Source of the DNA: Cenarchaeum sp. | Lineage (GTDB): Archaea > Thermoproteota > Nitrososphaeria > Nitrososphaerales > Nitrosopumilaceae | Direction of reading: 5' to 3' | NCBI GenBank assembly: GCA_963693095.2 | Contig: OY843768.1 | Span: forward strand, 1,696,001-1,760,000 | Length of the DNA stretch: 64,000 nucleotides | Part shown: one piece after another, positions 30,700 to 41,480 of the stretch | How positions within the stretch are numbered: position 1 is the first letter of the stretch | How the letters are laid out: every line of letters begins with the position of its first letter | Made by a program: the position numbers and the translations under genes | The notes under the pieces: model-generated | What the model was told of the DNA's origin: nothing | Databases searched by the model: none | What the model saw: only the letters and a program-made list of their open reading frames with translations

Positions 30700-31347
30700 A
30701 TGCGTCGACGCGCAGTCATTGACCTGACGATGCGCATCTCCTCGCGCCTTCCGGCCTTTCCGGGCTCGCCGCCGGTTCACGTGATACAGTGGGCCTCACC
30801 AGACACTGACGGGTACGCCCTCGAGCTAGTCGCGATGAGCACGCACACGGGCACGCACATTGATGCGCCGTACCACTTTGATGCCCATGGGGCCAGGGTT
30901 GATGACATTGTGCCCTCGCGCCTAGTCGGGCCGGCCCGCCTCATGCGCGCGCCAAAGCGGCGGGGCCGGTGCGTCAGTGCTGCCGAGATCGAGTCATTTG
31001 AGCAGGCACACGGGAGGCTCGAGCGCGCCTCGCGCCTCGTCATCGAGACGCAATGGAGCTCGCATCTCGGCCCGCGATACTTTGAGCGCAGTCCGGGCCT
31101 GGACGCCGATGCCGCACGCCTCCTTGCGCGCCGCCGCGTCGGCATGGTCGGAATCGACTCGCCTAGCATCGATGCGGGCGATTCAGAGTCGTTTCTTGCT
31201 CACAAGAGCCTTGCGCGCGCCGGCTCAGTCATAGTCGAGAACCTCTGCAACCTGCACCGCATCAGCGAGCCCGCATTTGAGATCGCAGTCCTGCCCCTCC
31301 TCCTTGCACGCGCTTCAGGCGCACCGGCGCGCGCAGTCGCGCTCTAG
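30700..31347 (+). CDS. cyclase family / kynurenine formamidase-like protein
   Basis: HTGTHIDAPYH, VGIDSPSID and IVENL motifs. Confidence 0.9.
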   Translation: MRRRAVIDLTMRISSRLPAFPGSPPVHVIQWASPDTDGYALELVAMSTHTGTHIDAPYHFDAHGARVDDIVPSRLVGPARLMRAPKRRGRCVSAAEIESFEQAHGRLERASRLVIETQWSSHLGPRYFERSPGLDADAARLLARRRVGMVGIDSPSIDAGDSESFLAHKSLARAGSVIVENLCNLHRISEPAFEIAVLPLLLARASGAPARAVAL

Positions 31348-32399
31348 CGCAGGACCCTGAGCCGAGTCGGCGCATACGACGGCGCCGGCGCGCCATCTAT
31401 GGGAACGGCCTCGCCGCACGCGCACGTGTTGCCCTCGCCTAGGCGCCACTCCTCTATCGAGAACGCGCCCCTCCTGACTGCGATCTCGCCGCACGACGCG
31501 CAGTACGTGTGCTCTAGGGCGTGGCCGCCCACGTTGCCGACATACGCATAGCGCAGGCCGACGTCTACAGCTATGGCGTGGTGCGCCTCTAGCGTGGCCA
31601 CCGGAGTCGGCGGAACGTCGCGCATCTTGTAGTCCGGATGAAACGCCAAAAAGTGGATAGGCGTGTCAGCCCCGAGCTCGTCGTGGACAAACTCGCAGAG
31701 GCGCCTGCAGTGCCCCGCGTCATCGCCGATGCCGGGCACCACTAGGTCAGTAATCTCTACGTGGATGTCTGTCGTGTCCCTTATGCGCAGCAGCGTCTCA
31801 AAGATCGGCGCGGGGTCTGGCACGCCGATGTGTTTTCTCATGAACTCTGGCTCTGCGTTCCCCTTGAAATCCACGGTGATGCAGTCGAGGAACTCGCGCA
31901 TCATGGCGACTGACTGTGGCGTGTCATACCCGTTGGAGACGAACACGTTGTAGAGGCCGCGCCTGTGGGCCTCGATGCCGCAGTCGCGCGCGAACTCGAT
32001 GAATATTGACGGCTCGTTGTACGTGTATGCAATCCCGTCAGCGCCGGCGGCGAGTGCGGCATCGGCGACCTCTGATGGGGACATGTGGATGCCCTCAACC
32101 TTTCGCCTCTGGCTAATGTCGTGGTTTTGGCAGTACGAGCACAGCCAGTTGCACCCCGCCGTCGCTATCGAGTAGACGCGCGAGCCGGGACGATAGTGCG
32201 TCACGGGCTTTTTCTCGATTGGGTCGACGTGGCCTGCCATGACACGGCCGTACACGTGCAAGTCGAGCTCGCCGCCGACGTTTCCGCGCACGCCGCACAG
32301 GCCGTCCTGCCCGTCACCAAGCTCGCAGTACCTTGCGCACGCCGTGCACCTGACGCGCTGGCCTTCGAGCCGGTCATAGAGAAGACCCTCGCCGCGCAT
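31344..32399 (-). CDS. AmmeMemoRadiSam system radical SAM enzyme
   Basis: DPIEKKP; GCNWLCSYCQN (CxxxCxxC); IAYTYNEP; FHPDY. Confidence 0.88.
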   Translation of the reverse strand: MRGEGLLYDRLEGQRVRCTACARYCELGDGQDGLCGVRGNVGGELDLHVYGRVMAGHVDPIEKKPVTHYRPGSRVYSIATAGCNWLCSYCQNHDISQRRKVEGIHMSPSEVADAALAAGADGIAYTYNEPSIFIEFARDCGIEAHRRGLYNVFVSNGYDTPQSVAMMREFLDCITVDFKGNAEPEFMRKHIGVPDPAPIFETLLRIRDTTDIHVEITDLVVPGIGDDAGHCRRLCEFVHDELGADTPIHFLAFHPDYKMRDVPPTPVATLEAHHAIAVDVGLRYAYVGNVGGHALEHTYCASCGEIAVRRGAFSIEEWRLGEGNTCACGEAVPIDGAPAPSYAPTRLRVLR

Positions 32400-32803
32400 G
32401 GAGCGCGTGTGCGCGCCGCCCACTAATATTTGGGAGCTGTGCGCGCGGGCACGAGGTCAACCGAGTGATCTGCACGAGGGCACGTGGATCACGGGCGAGT
32501 TGAAGACTCTAACTCGCGCCTTTTACTCTGTCGGCGGTTCGCGCTGCGGTGGCGGTGGAGGGGGCGGCAACGACGCGCGTGGTGCTGGTAAATGACACTA
32601 GTGCTCCTACGCTGATGGTTCCTAGCTCGTTCACAAAGGCCGCAACGAGGCCAAGGGACACCATCATAACCGCCATGCTATGCCGCCCGCTCTTCAACGA
32701 GGGGGCGCCCAACGTAGTTATTATTAACACTACTGCCCATTTTTGCCTGTGCACGAAGCGCATTTTAAATATTTTTAAATAAGATTACCCTGTGACGCCC
32801 ACC

Positions 32804-35800
32804 ATGAAAAATGTGCTGCTGGTCATAGCGGCCGCCTCGCTTGCGCTAGTGCCGCTACTCTCCCCACTTATCCACGCAACCCCCCCCGCGGTTCCATGCG
32901 ACTATGAGTGCATGTGGCCCATAGGCCTGTATGATATCCCGGACTCCGCAAAGGTCGGAACTCCGATCACGGTGTCATATACATATGCGTGGGAGGGGAT
33001 CTTGAACGGCATAGCTGTCAACACGGACACGTGGGATCTCCCCCCGGGATATCACCCATGGCCGGAAGAGTGGGGAGAGCCGACACGGCCTCCCCAGTAC
33101 ATTGGCAGCACGGCTACCATGGTGCTCCCGGAAGGGATCGACGTGGTTGATTGGGAGACGCGTGGGTTTGAAAGGTCAAAGCTGTGGACTGATCAGTATG
33201 GACGCACAACGTACATGTACACGAAAACCAACGCATATGCACCTGGAACTACTAATGCTAGTATCGAGCTTGTGGTTAGGACAGATGCAAAGATCTATCC
33301 AAACGACGGTGTGATCGTCGATCTTGGGGTGCGTAGAGAAAAATGGGCTGATCCCACATTGTTTGTGAATCATAGTGGTGGCGCGCTGACATTCTCAGCA
33401 GACGAGGCCGTGATTGCTGCGGGGGCCTCTGAATCGTTCCGGCAACGAGACATCCGCCGCCTCCCGGATTCATCCTTTGATCCATTGGAAGACGAGGAGC
33501 TTTCTGGTGAGGCCAAACGTGCAATAGTGGAATTTCTGCTAGATCGGGCCGATGCTGGAGCTGTTGTGGGGGAGTCTGGCATTCCTGATTTTGCAAGGGC
33601 ACAGGTTACAGAACATGCTAAAGAGTCCGGCGTGGGGGGACAGGCCGACGGAGAACAATTCACATATGCGTACGGCTATTTTAGGGCACAGGATCGTGGT
33701 CAGGGCGCTGGAGTTGAGACAGCCAAACTCTCTGCGGCCACTGACGTCAAGGTGTGCCTTTATGATCAGACCGCCGACAGGTCAATATCTCCGCTCTTGC
33801 ACAACGGGGAGCCGGCATGCTCCCGCGTGGACTCTGACGGTTTCTATGGGATTGCCGTTCCCCGCAGTGATCCTGATAACGACGACACGGGGATTGACAT
33901 TGTGCCCGTATTTTCACTAGATCATGGAAAAGTGCGTGCTCTGACTTCTCGAGGTATCCCAATGTCGGTAAGCGGGCTGGTAATTGAAAACGTGAATGGC
34001 GTTGTGGTTTCCCTTGGCGAATATAGCGTTAGAACTCCATTGGGAGACGCAAGACAGTTTGCAGTAATGCGTTGGATGTATGATGATGTGTTGGATGCAT
34101 ACAGGTACTTTAAGGACACGTTTGGTTATGACGCGCCATTGGTAACTTTACAAAGTGGATCTTCTTCGTTTTATGATCTTGACAACGGCCGGATCGCCTT
34201 GCAAACTGGACTTCCCACACCACGTGAGGTCTCTACACGAGCCGCCGTCTTGCATGAATATGGCCATCACATTATGAACCACGTTTACGATAATGGGATC
34301 CCTCCAACTTTATCTTGTCGTCCTCACAGCCCAACACTTCCATCAAGTCCAGCATGCGCATGGTCTGAAGGCTGGGCGAGCTTTGTCCCGGCGCTAATGG
34401 AGGATTCCCCCCAATACAACACCTCCTTTGGGGCAGACGATGGCCACTTTAACTGGGAAACCCGCGAGGAACACTCACGTAATAACTCTGAACTTCTCAT
34501 GGGATCACTTGGCATCACGCGCTATTATGAGGGACAGGACGGGGAAGGGAGCGTGACGGCCATCTTGTGGGACATCCACGATGGCGGAAACGAGCCAGGA
34601 GACAACATAGCTGGTGGCGCCCAAGGCATCTGGACCGCGTTTGCAGATGACAGGGATGCCGGTGAGGCATTTGAGGCTACGAGCATACATGACTTTTACG
34701 ACGATTGGGTTGAAAACGGCGGACAGAATTTGGACAGTGTGTTTACCATAAACGGCGTAGATCCGACTGGCACGTACACGCCACCGTCATTGACCCTGTC
34801 TGTGGAGCGCAACGGGTCGGCACGAACAGGCGATAATTCGAGATATGCCAGGGCTGGTGATGTGGTGGTGGCGACGCTTGATTTTGGGGGGCCTGTCACA
34901 GCAGGCACGACCCCAGAGGCGTCCGTTCTGAGTAACGCACAGGGGAGCATGGTATCCGGCACGGGGGAGGCAAGACACGTGTGGATCGCGCGTGGAACGG
35001 TTGGAGACAACGAACCCAACGGGCAGGCACCGATCACGATCCTTGCCATGGCGCCAGGCGCGGTCTTGGCACCCATTAACACAGTCGGTTATGACAATAC
35101 ATCTTACACTGTGAGTCTTGCGCTAGAACGCGTGCCCACAAACGGGACGTATGAGGTGACGGCTCGTGCCGCCATAGCAGATTTGAACGGCGTTATGATC
35201 GGCTCTGACCAGTCACGCAGGTTTGAGTGGAATGCGGCAAACCCGCGCGTTGAAGAAGCTTTCTTGTCACCTAATGGCAAAGAAATAACACTCCTGTTTA
35301 GCGAAGGACTCGACACAGAAACTGTTCACCGAGGCATTTCTAATTTTGGGCGACCCGTAGAACGTCATGTACACGTAGACGGTTCAAACAAGGTAATGAT
35401 CGTCCAAGCCTCCGCACTTGGGTCGGATGGCACATACTATGTGGATACCACGAATATCATAACTGACACACAAGGACACAGGCACGCTGGGTCGAGGTCA
35501 CAAGTAGAGTGGGACGCAAGCACGCCTACATTCGAGCATGCCACAATATCTTCAAACGGTCGGACGATTTCAGTTACAATGAGTGAACGCTCTACCATAC
35601 AGCCCGCCTCCACAGGCTCCATAACGCTTGATTCTCGGCTGCCAGGGCGCGCTGGACTCTCGCCCTACCCCACTGTGGGAACAACGCACACCATAACGCT
35701 GGCGTCTCCTCCGCCTCCCGGAACTTATGAGGTTACAGTGCACCCCACGACGAAAAGCGGCAACAAGTTTCTCACGTCTAGCCAGACACGCTCGTTCACG

Positions 35801-38800
35801 TACAATCCTGCCGGACCCACTTTCGAGCACGTCACAGAGTCGTCTGACGGACAGACCCTTACGCTGACGTTCAGCGCGGGACTTGATGGTGACACGGTGA
35901 CGCAGGATCGCTTTATACTGGGACCGGGCATATCGCTGGCTGACACGAACCCCATTATGCACGTTGACGGCTCCCCGACGGTCATGTTGAAGCTGGTCGC
36001 CGCACCGGCATATGATGGCACGTATTCTGTAACTGCCAAGAGCACCATAGGCGGCACTAGTGGCGGCACGCTCGGATCTGATCAGACACGCAAGTTTGTG
36101 TGGAATCCCAAAGCCCCAACGCTTGACCGCATTGAAGTGTCGTCTGATGCCAGAAAGGTCAAGTTGATCTTTAGTGAGGGCATTCTCGCCGCGTCTGTAA
36201 ACACAACCACCATCGAACATTCTCCCACCATGGTGGTGGATCGCACGACTCCTATAGAGCACACAGACGGCTCTAACACGGTTACACTCAACCTTGCCCA
36301 GGCATTGATGGAGGGCGCACATTTCATAAAAGCTCAACACCACATTGCCGATTCTGCTGGCAGACAGATGACTGTAACGCAAAAGCTCCAGTTTACGTGG
36401 GATGCAGTGCCCCCTGCGCTTGAGTCAGTTAGAGCATCAGATAATGGCACCTCGCTCATACTGACGTTTAGTGAAGGCCTAGACACGGAGACGGTAACAA
36501 CGGACAACTTTGTGTTGTCTGCTGAACTGCCGTTTGTCGCGCCGCCGTTTGCCGTACCTAGCAATAATCCCATAAGCCACGTTGATGGTGATGCATACGT
36601 ATTGATCAAGCTAAAAAACCGGCCTAACCCTGGCCCGTACACGATTACGGCAAAGTCCGGCATCAGGGACATGACAGGTGTTGCGTCTAGCTCCGATCAG
36701 TCCATAATGTTTACACGGAATCCCGCCGTTCCAAATCTAGAGTCAGCGTCAATGTCATCAGATGGTAGAATGCTACAACTTACGTTTAGCACAGGTATAG
36801 ACACTGGGACTATCACAAAGGACAACATAACACTGTCTTCAAGAAACACGGGCCTATTCATTACAGAGCAGGCAGCCAACCACAGAATAATCGTGGACAC
36901 AGTGGCACCACGCCTCCTTGATGCGTTCTTTACATCGACAACATCGGCGAGGCTAGAGTTCAGCGAGCCCCTTGATGCCACGACTGTCAAGCCAACGGCG
37001 TTTGGCGTCACGCGCGAGGATGCCACGATCACGGCCACGCCGTCATACACGGTAGGCGAAAGGGTAGTCACCCTTGACCTGTCGCCTGCGCTCACAGCCG
37101 GCATCGCGCACACAATGCACGTAAAGGCCGGCCTTGCCGACAGGGCTGGAAATTCCGTAGAAACCGCAACAAAAACCCTGCCGCCTCCGTCCACGGCCAT
37201 CGCAGCGCCCACGTTTGAGGCAACACGAACAAGCAGGTACACAGTTATCACGTTCAGTGAGGATGTCCGTGTCATAGAAGGCCAAGAATTGAACTGGCGT
37301 GACTGGGCTGTGAGCACACCAAGCGGATTTGAGCCTAGATCACCTGGGCACTTTGTCGATCTTGATAACCGAAGAATTGTGCTAGACACAGTGCCGCCCC
37401 TAAGATCGGGCGAAGACGCACACATTGAGTTTTCTCCATACGGCGGAAACTCTCCCAAGATTGAGAATCTTTCGGGTTATGACATGCCTGTGGGTACTAG
37501 GGCCAACCTGCCATCCGCGATATTTCCGGCGATTTTTGCAGAGGCCCATGACGAGGGCATAGTTAGGATAGAGTTTGATGAGACTCTGGCCCCCGCCGAA
37601 CCAATGTATTCCCCCGCGGTTAGCAGCCTCGTAAGCGGCCGGACGGAGGCATCAGAGTGGAAGATTAACGGCGTGCAGGCCACCGGCATTATGAGCAGCG
37701 TAGACGCTGAGACGAGACAGACTCTAGACGTAAACGGTGCGACCAGATTTTACCTAAAGCACGGGGTAGCTGGGCTCGGAGGAACACTGCAGGTGGAGTA
37801 TCTCGGACCCGGGGAGGGCAGCACCAACTCGCTAATGAACTCTCACATGAACGCGCTCGCACCAGTAAAGGTCACTAGTGTAGACCGCATACCCAACGCA
37901 TTCACTGCGGGAGAGTTTCTGGACAGCAAGAGGATCAGGATCACTGCCGCAAAGGCGATCGACGCACGCCTGGCAGCTCAGCTGCAAATACAGAACGTGC
38001 CACTGGCCCTGATCCCCACCGATAACCCACTCACGGCGGTCTTGCGCCTAGAGGATGATGCGCAGGACGGGTGCATCTATGAGATCCAGAACAACTTTAG
38101 CACCGCTGTGGCTAGGATAAACGACGGATCCAACAAGATCACCTACACGGACACACACGCGCCTGTGATCAACTCGGCCACGTCCACGAGCGGCACGACG
38201 ACTGAGGTGCGCTTTAACGAGCCGGTCTCGTTCGGCGCGTTGCCGACGGTCGCGCAGCACAGGGGCCACTGGGAGATCACTGATGCCGGCACGGACAAAG
38301 AGATCTCGGCGGTGGCCGTGAGGGCAGGCAGCCCGTCAGTCGTGGAGATCACGCACGCGCCGCTGGCGCGCACGGACTCTACGCCAACGGTCGCATACAA
38401 CGGCGGGGCAGACGACGACGCGCGCATCCGCGACACGCGCACATCTCCCTGCACCACCACCGACGCCACGCCAAAGAACGACTTGAGCAGTAACGTGGAA
38501 CTCGTCGCGTCTGACGGTGCGGCGCCTGGAGCCACAGTGTCGGCCGCAGTCTCCCGAAACGGGGAGCCAAAGTCCGGCACCAACGCGCAGTGGGCAAGGG
38601 CAGGCGACACGATCACCGTGTCGCTGGACATGGACGAGGCGGGCAGGCCGACGTCCCCGCCGCGCCTGGCGTCAGGCGGGACCAACACGGGAATGACATC
38701 CGGCATGGCATCAGACATGTGGTCAGGCGAGCGTACCGTGGCGTCTGACGAAACCCAGGGACCGCTCGCCTTCACCATAACTGCGCTAGACGCGGCGGCC

Positions 38801-39511
38801 AATCTCGGGGTCTTTACGCACGCCGGCGCGAGCACAAACGCCATGGTGGACACCGTAACGCCCGACCTGAGCGGCGCGACGACTTCTAGTGCGACGACGA
38901 CGCGCGTGACCCTCTCCGAGGGCGCCTGGGGAATCGTGAGGGCGGCTGACTGGGTCGTCGGGGAGGCCGCGGCCACCGGCGTCGCCGTTGGGGAGGGAGG
39001 CGTGTTCACGCCGACGATCACCATGTCAGGCGGCACGGCGTTCACGCTGCAGCACGCGATCCTGGCTGACACGGCCGCCGTGCCCACCGTGGCATACAGG
39101 CCGCCGGGATCTCCCGTTGCCGGGCCTGGGGGCGGCCCTGACGCGGCTCCGGGGCCGGGTTCGGCGCCAGACACGACTCCGCCGCCGCCAGCCCCGCCTG
39201 CGGAGCCTGACCCGCCGGCAGCCAGCATAGAGTTTGACGCTGGCGGCCTTGACGGCGCGTCAGTAAGAACCGGAGAGACGCGCTCGTTTGACGTCAGTGT
39301 CACGCGCGTGGAGGGAGGGGGATTTGCGATAATACTCCTATCCGGCCAGCCGGACTTTGTGACCGTGCAGAACACGGGCATCAACGCGGCCACGATAACA
39401 GTTGACGCGTCACACGCGTCGGCAATGACCGGCGATTACACGTTCATTGTTATGGCCGCCACGGGATCCGATCCGGCCTCCAAGAGCGTCACGATAACTG
39501 TCACCTCCTAG
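32804..39511 (+). CDS. giant secreted surface protein: zinc metalloprotease domain plus many Ig-like repeats
   Basis: Signal peptide; VLHEYGHHIM...AWSEGWA (HEXXH plus third Glu); about 100-aa beta-rich repeats (L.FSEGLD..TV); Pro-rich linker. Confidence 0.85.
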   Translation: MKNVLLVIAAASLALVPLLSPLIHATPPAVPCDYECMWPIGLYDIPDSAKVGTPITVSYTYAWEGILNGIAVNTDTWDLPPGYHPWPEEWGEPTRPPQYIGSTATMVLPEGIDVVDWETRGFERSKLWTDQYGRTTYMYTKTNAYAPGTTNASIELVVRTDAKIYPNDGVIVDLGVRREKWADPTLFVNHSGGALTFSADEAVIAAGASESFRQRDIRRLPDSSFDPLEDEELSGEAKRAIVEFLLDRADAGAVVGESGIPDFARAQVTEHAKESGVGGQADGEQFTYAYGYFRAQDRGQGAGVETAKLSAATDVKVCLYDQTADRSISPLLHNGEPACSRVDSDGFYGIAVPRSDPDNDDTGIDIVPVFSLDHGKVRALTSRGIPMSVSGLVIENVNGVVVSLGEYSVRTPLGDARQFAVMRWMYDDVLDAYRYFKDTFGYDAPLVTLQSGSSSFYDLDNGRIALQTGLPTPREVSTRAAVLHEYGHHIMNHVYDNGIPPTLSCRPHSPTLPSSPACAWSEGWASFVPALMEDSPQYNTSFGADDGHFNWETREEHSRNNSELLMGSLGITRYYEGQDGEGSVTAILWDIHDGGNEPGDNIAGGAQGIWTAFADDRDAGEAFEATSIHDFYDDWVENGGQNLDSVFTINGVDPTGTYTPPSLTLSVERNGSARTGDNSRYARAGDVVVATLDFGGPVTAGTTPEASVLSNAQGSMVSGTGEARHVWIARGTVGDNEPNGQAPITILAMAPGAVLAPINTVGYDNTSYTVSLALERVPTNGTYEVTARAAIADLNGVMIGSDQSRRFEWNAANPRVEEAFLSPNGKEITLLFSEGLDTETVHRGISNFGRPVERHVHVDGSNKVMIVQASALGSDGTYYVDTTNIITDTQGHRHAGSRSQVEWDASTPTFEHATISSNGRTISVTMSERSTIQPASTGSITLDSRLPGRAGLSPYPTVGTTHTITLASPPPPGTYEVTVHPTTKSGNKFLTSSQTRSFTYNPAGPTFEHVTESSDGQTLTLTFSAGLDGDTVTQDRFILGPGISLADTNPIMHVDGSPTVMLKLVAAPAYDGTYSVTAKSTIGGTSGGTLGSDQTRKFVWNPKAPTLDRIEVSSDARKVKLIFSEGILAASVNTTTIEHSPTMVVDRTTPIEHTDGSNTVTLNLAQALMEGAHFIKAQHHIADSAGRQMTVTQKLQFTWDAVPPALESVRASDNGTSLILTFSEGLDTETVTTDNFVLSAELPFVAPPFAVPSNNPISHVDGDAYVLIKLKNRPNPGPYTITAKSGIRDMTGVASSSDQSIMFTRNPAVPNLESASMSSDGRMLQLTFSTGIDTGTITKDNITLSSRNTGLFITEQAANHRIIVDTVAPRLLDAFFTSTTSARLEFSEPLDATTVKPTAFGVTREDATITATPSYTVGERVVTLDLSPALTAGIAHTMHVKAGLADRAGNSVETATKTLPPPSTAIAAPTFEATRTSRYTVITFSEDVRVIEGQELNWRDWAVSTPSGFEPRSPGHFVDLDNRRIVLDTVPPLRSGEDAHIEFSPYGGNSPKIENLSGYDMPVGTRANLPSAIFPAIFAEAHDEGIVRIEFDETLAPAEPMYSPAVSSLVSGRTEASEWKINGVQATGIMSSVDAETRQTLDVNGATRFYLKHGVAGLGGTLQVEYLGPGEGSTNSLMNSHMNALAPVKVTSVDRIPNAFTAGEFLDSKRIRITAAKAIDARLAAQLQIQNVPLALIPTDNPLTAVLRLEDDAQDGCIYEIQNNFSTAVARINDGSNKITYTDTHAPVINSATSTSGTTTEVRFNEPVSFGALPTVAQHRGHWEITDAGTDKEISAVAVRAGSPSVVEITHAPLARTDSTPTVAYNGGADDDARIRDTRTSPCTTTDATPKNDLSSNVELVASDGAAPGATVSAAVSRNGEPKSGTNAQWARAGDTITVSLDMDEAGRPTSPPRLASGGTNTGMTSGMASDMWSGERTVASDETQGPLAFTITALDAAANLGVFTHAGASTNAMVDTVTPDLSGATTSSATTTRVTLSEGAWGIVRAADWVVGEAAATGVAVGEGGVFTPTITMSGGTAFTLQHAILADTAAVPTVAYRPPGSPVAGPGGGPDAAPGPGSAPDTTPPPPAPPAEPDPPAASIEFDAGGLDGASVRTGETRSFDVSVTRVEGGGFAIILLSGQPDFVTVQNTGINAATITVDASHASAMTGDYTFIVMAATGSDPASKSVTITVTS

Positions 39512-39677
39512 CACACGTCGTAGACCATGCCCGCTCATGCTCAGACAGGCACCACCGCGGCAAGTGAGTCGGCAGGATGCCCCCATTTGACCAAGTGGGT
39601 AGAGGCGACAACTCGTGCCCAAAACTCGGATTACAGTTATTAAACACTAGTTCGTGCAAGGCGTGTTGTCGCCGGGC

Positions 39678-40475
39678 ATGATCACGCTGATAGTCCTTGC
39701 CGCCGCACTGGCGTCTGTGGGCGTCATGGCAACGCCCATGGTGTCTGCAGCCGACCTGCTCGCGCCGACTATCACGACATCATGGTGCTTTATCGAGGCG
39801 ACTGGCGCTAGCACCCCAACGTCATCATGCACACCCTCGACTGCCACTGACGCAGGCGCGAGCATAACTCCGACTGAGACGATCCCGGCAACCCTTGGAC
39901 TGGGCCTGCACAAGGTCTTGGTAAACGCGACGGACAGCAGCGGCAACTGGGCTGCCACGACGCGCGCAATACTCGTTGCGGACACAACGCCGCCGACGTG
40001 CACCTCGGTGAGATACCCTGTATATGTCGAGGCGCGCGCTCCCCTGACTGCGATACTTCGGCAAGACGCAAAAATCAACCCAGCTGACACGGCTAGCACC
40101 CTCGACGAGCTGCATCTGAGCACCAACGCCAGGCCGCTGCAAGTTGACCAGGGACGCACCGTGCTCTGGACCGTGGAGGACAGGGCAGGCAACACGGCCA
40201 AATGCACGCAGCGCATAATCGTGATTGACACGACACCGCCGTCATTCCCCGACACAATCCCGTCCGCCATATTCCACTCGGCGGTGCCCGTGAGCGTGTC
40301 ATCAGTCATCCTCACGCCGCCTGCGGCGACTGACATTGCGGATCCGATCCTGGCCATATACCACGAGGAGACCGGAATGTTTGAGCTTGGCGTGAACACG
40401 GTCACGTGGTTGGCCATCGACGCGTCGGTAAACGTCGCCACGGCAACGCAAAAGGTCATAGTGCAGGCCCCCTAG
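39678..40475 (+). CDS. secreted HYR/Ig-like repeat protein
   Basis: Signal peptide; repeated DTTPP and ATDSSGN / VEDRAGN / AIDASVN units. Confidence 0.75.
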   Translation: MITLIVLAAALASVGVMATPMVSAADLLAPTITTSWCFIEATGASTPTSSCTPSTATDAGASITPTETIPATLGLGLHKVLVNATDSSGNWAATTRAILVADTTPPTCTSVRYPVYVEARAPLTAILRQDAKINPADTASTLDELHLSTNARPLQVDQGRTVLWTVEDRAGNTAKCTQRIIVIDTTPPSFPDTIPSAIFHSAVPVSVSSVILTPPAATDIADPILAIYHEETGMFELGVNTVTWLAIDASVNVATATQKVIVQAP

Positions 40476-40635
40476 CTCGGGCATCCGGCCATGTCGCAGG
40501 CAGGCGATGCGGCGATCCCGTGACTGGCCGCCACCACTCCTGCAGCGCACCCATGCAGACATGACTGGCCGCCGCGACCAGGGCTTCCCCACGGAGCCGC
40601 AATGCTAAAAACCACCACGATCGTGCGTGCCGCGC

Positions 40636-41142
40636 ATGAGCAGGCCGGGAAACGCATGGAGGAAGGTTCGCGGGCGAGTCACGGGGCGGCCGGCGAACTT
40701 TTCGTGGGTCGTGCCTGACGCGTTTGCCGGCTCGGCGGCCCCAATGTCGCGCACAGAGCTAGACTGGATTCTCGCACAGGGCGTAGAGTCCATAATCACA
40801 ATGACCGAAGACGCCCTCCCGACCGAGTGGACCCAAGATCTCGGCGCGTACCTTCACGTGCCCACGCCAGACCTTCAGGCGCCAGAGATGGAGGGCATAG
40901 AGCGCGCAGTCGACTTTGCGCACAATGCAATATCCTCCAAGGGCCGCGTCATGGTCCACTGTGCGGCCGGCATGGGCAGGGCCGGCACGATACTTGCGTG
41001 CTATCTAGTAAGATACCACGGACTCGGCGCAGACGAGGCGATCGCCAGGATTCGCGCCGAGAGGCCGGGCTCGATACAGTCAAGCCCGCAAGAGAACGTC
41101 ATACGCATGTACGAGAGGCGCGTGCGCGCTACTCGGGCCTAG
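40636..41142 (+). CDS. dual-specificity protein phosphatase
   Basis: VHCAAGMGRAG (HCX5R) and RPGSIQ motifs. Confidence 0.92.
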   Translation: MSRPGNAWRKVRGRVTGRPANFSWVVPDAFAGSAAPMSRTELDWILAQGVESIITMTEDALPTEWTQDLGAYLHVPTPDLQAPEMEGIERAVDFAHNAISSKGRVMVHCAAGMGRAGTILACYLVRYHGLGADEAIARIRAERPGSIQSSPQENVIRMYERRVRATRA

Positions 41143-41284
41143 ACTCCGAGACGAGCTGGCCGTCCGGACCAACACGCACGGACATGCTGGATCCGTCGCC
41201 AAACGTTAGCGTGATGCCGCCACTAGGGTCGGGATCCTCGACCTTTACGAGATCCTTCATGCGTATGCCGTCAAACTTTGCCAT
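41129..41284 (-). CDS. 51-aa small protein (paralog of the upstream neighbour)
   Basis: Manual translation gives MAKFDGIRMKDLVKVEDPDPSGGITLTFGDGSSMSVRVGPDGQLVSESRPE. Confidence 0.75.
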   Translation of the reverse strand: MAKFDGIRMKDLVKVEDPDPSGGITLTFGDGSSMSVRVGPDGQLVSESRPE

Positions 41285-41291
41285 CTGCCAA

Positions 41292-41444
41292 TCACTCTGG
41301 TATCGAGACGGTGTCGAGCTTGTCGCCGTCGGCCTTGATAAAGAGAAACCTATTGTCCTTGAATATTATGGTGATTCCGCCCTCCTTGTCAGGCTCCTCG
41401 ACCTCAAGAACCGGCTGGCCGAGCAGGCCGTCATACTTTGCCAT
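41292..41444 (-). CDS. 50-aa small protein
   Basis: Manual translation gives MAKYDGLLGQPVLEVEEPDKEGGITIIFKDNRFLFIKADGDKLDTVSIPE. Confidence 0.8.
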   Translation of the reverse strand: MAKYDGLLGQPVLEVEEPDKEGGITIIFKDNRFLFIKADGDKLDTVSIPE

Positions 41445-41480
41445 CGTCGCGCGCGAGTCGCCGGCACTCCCCTTATATCC

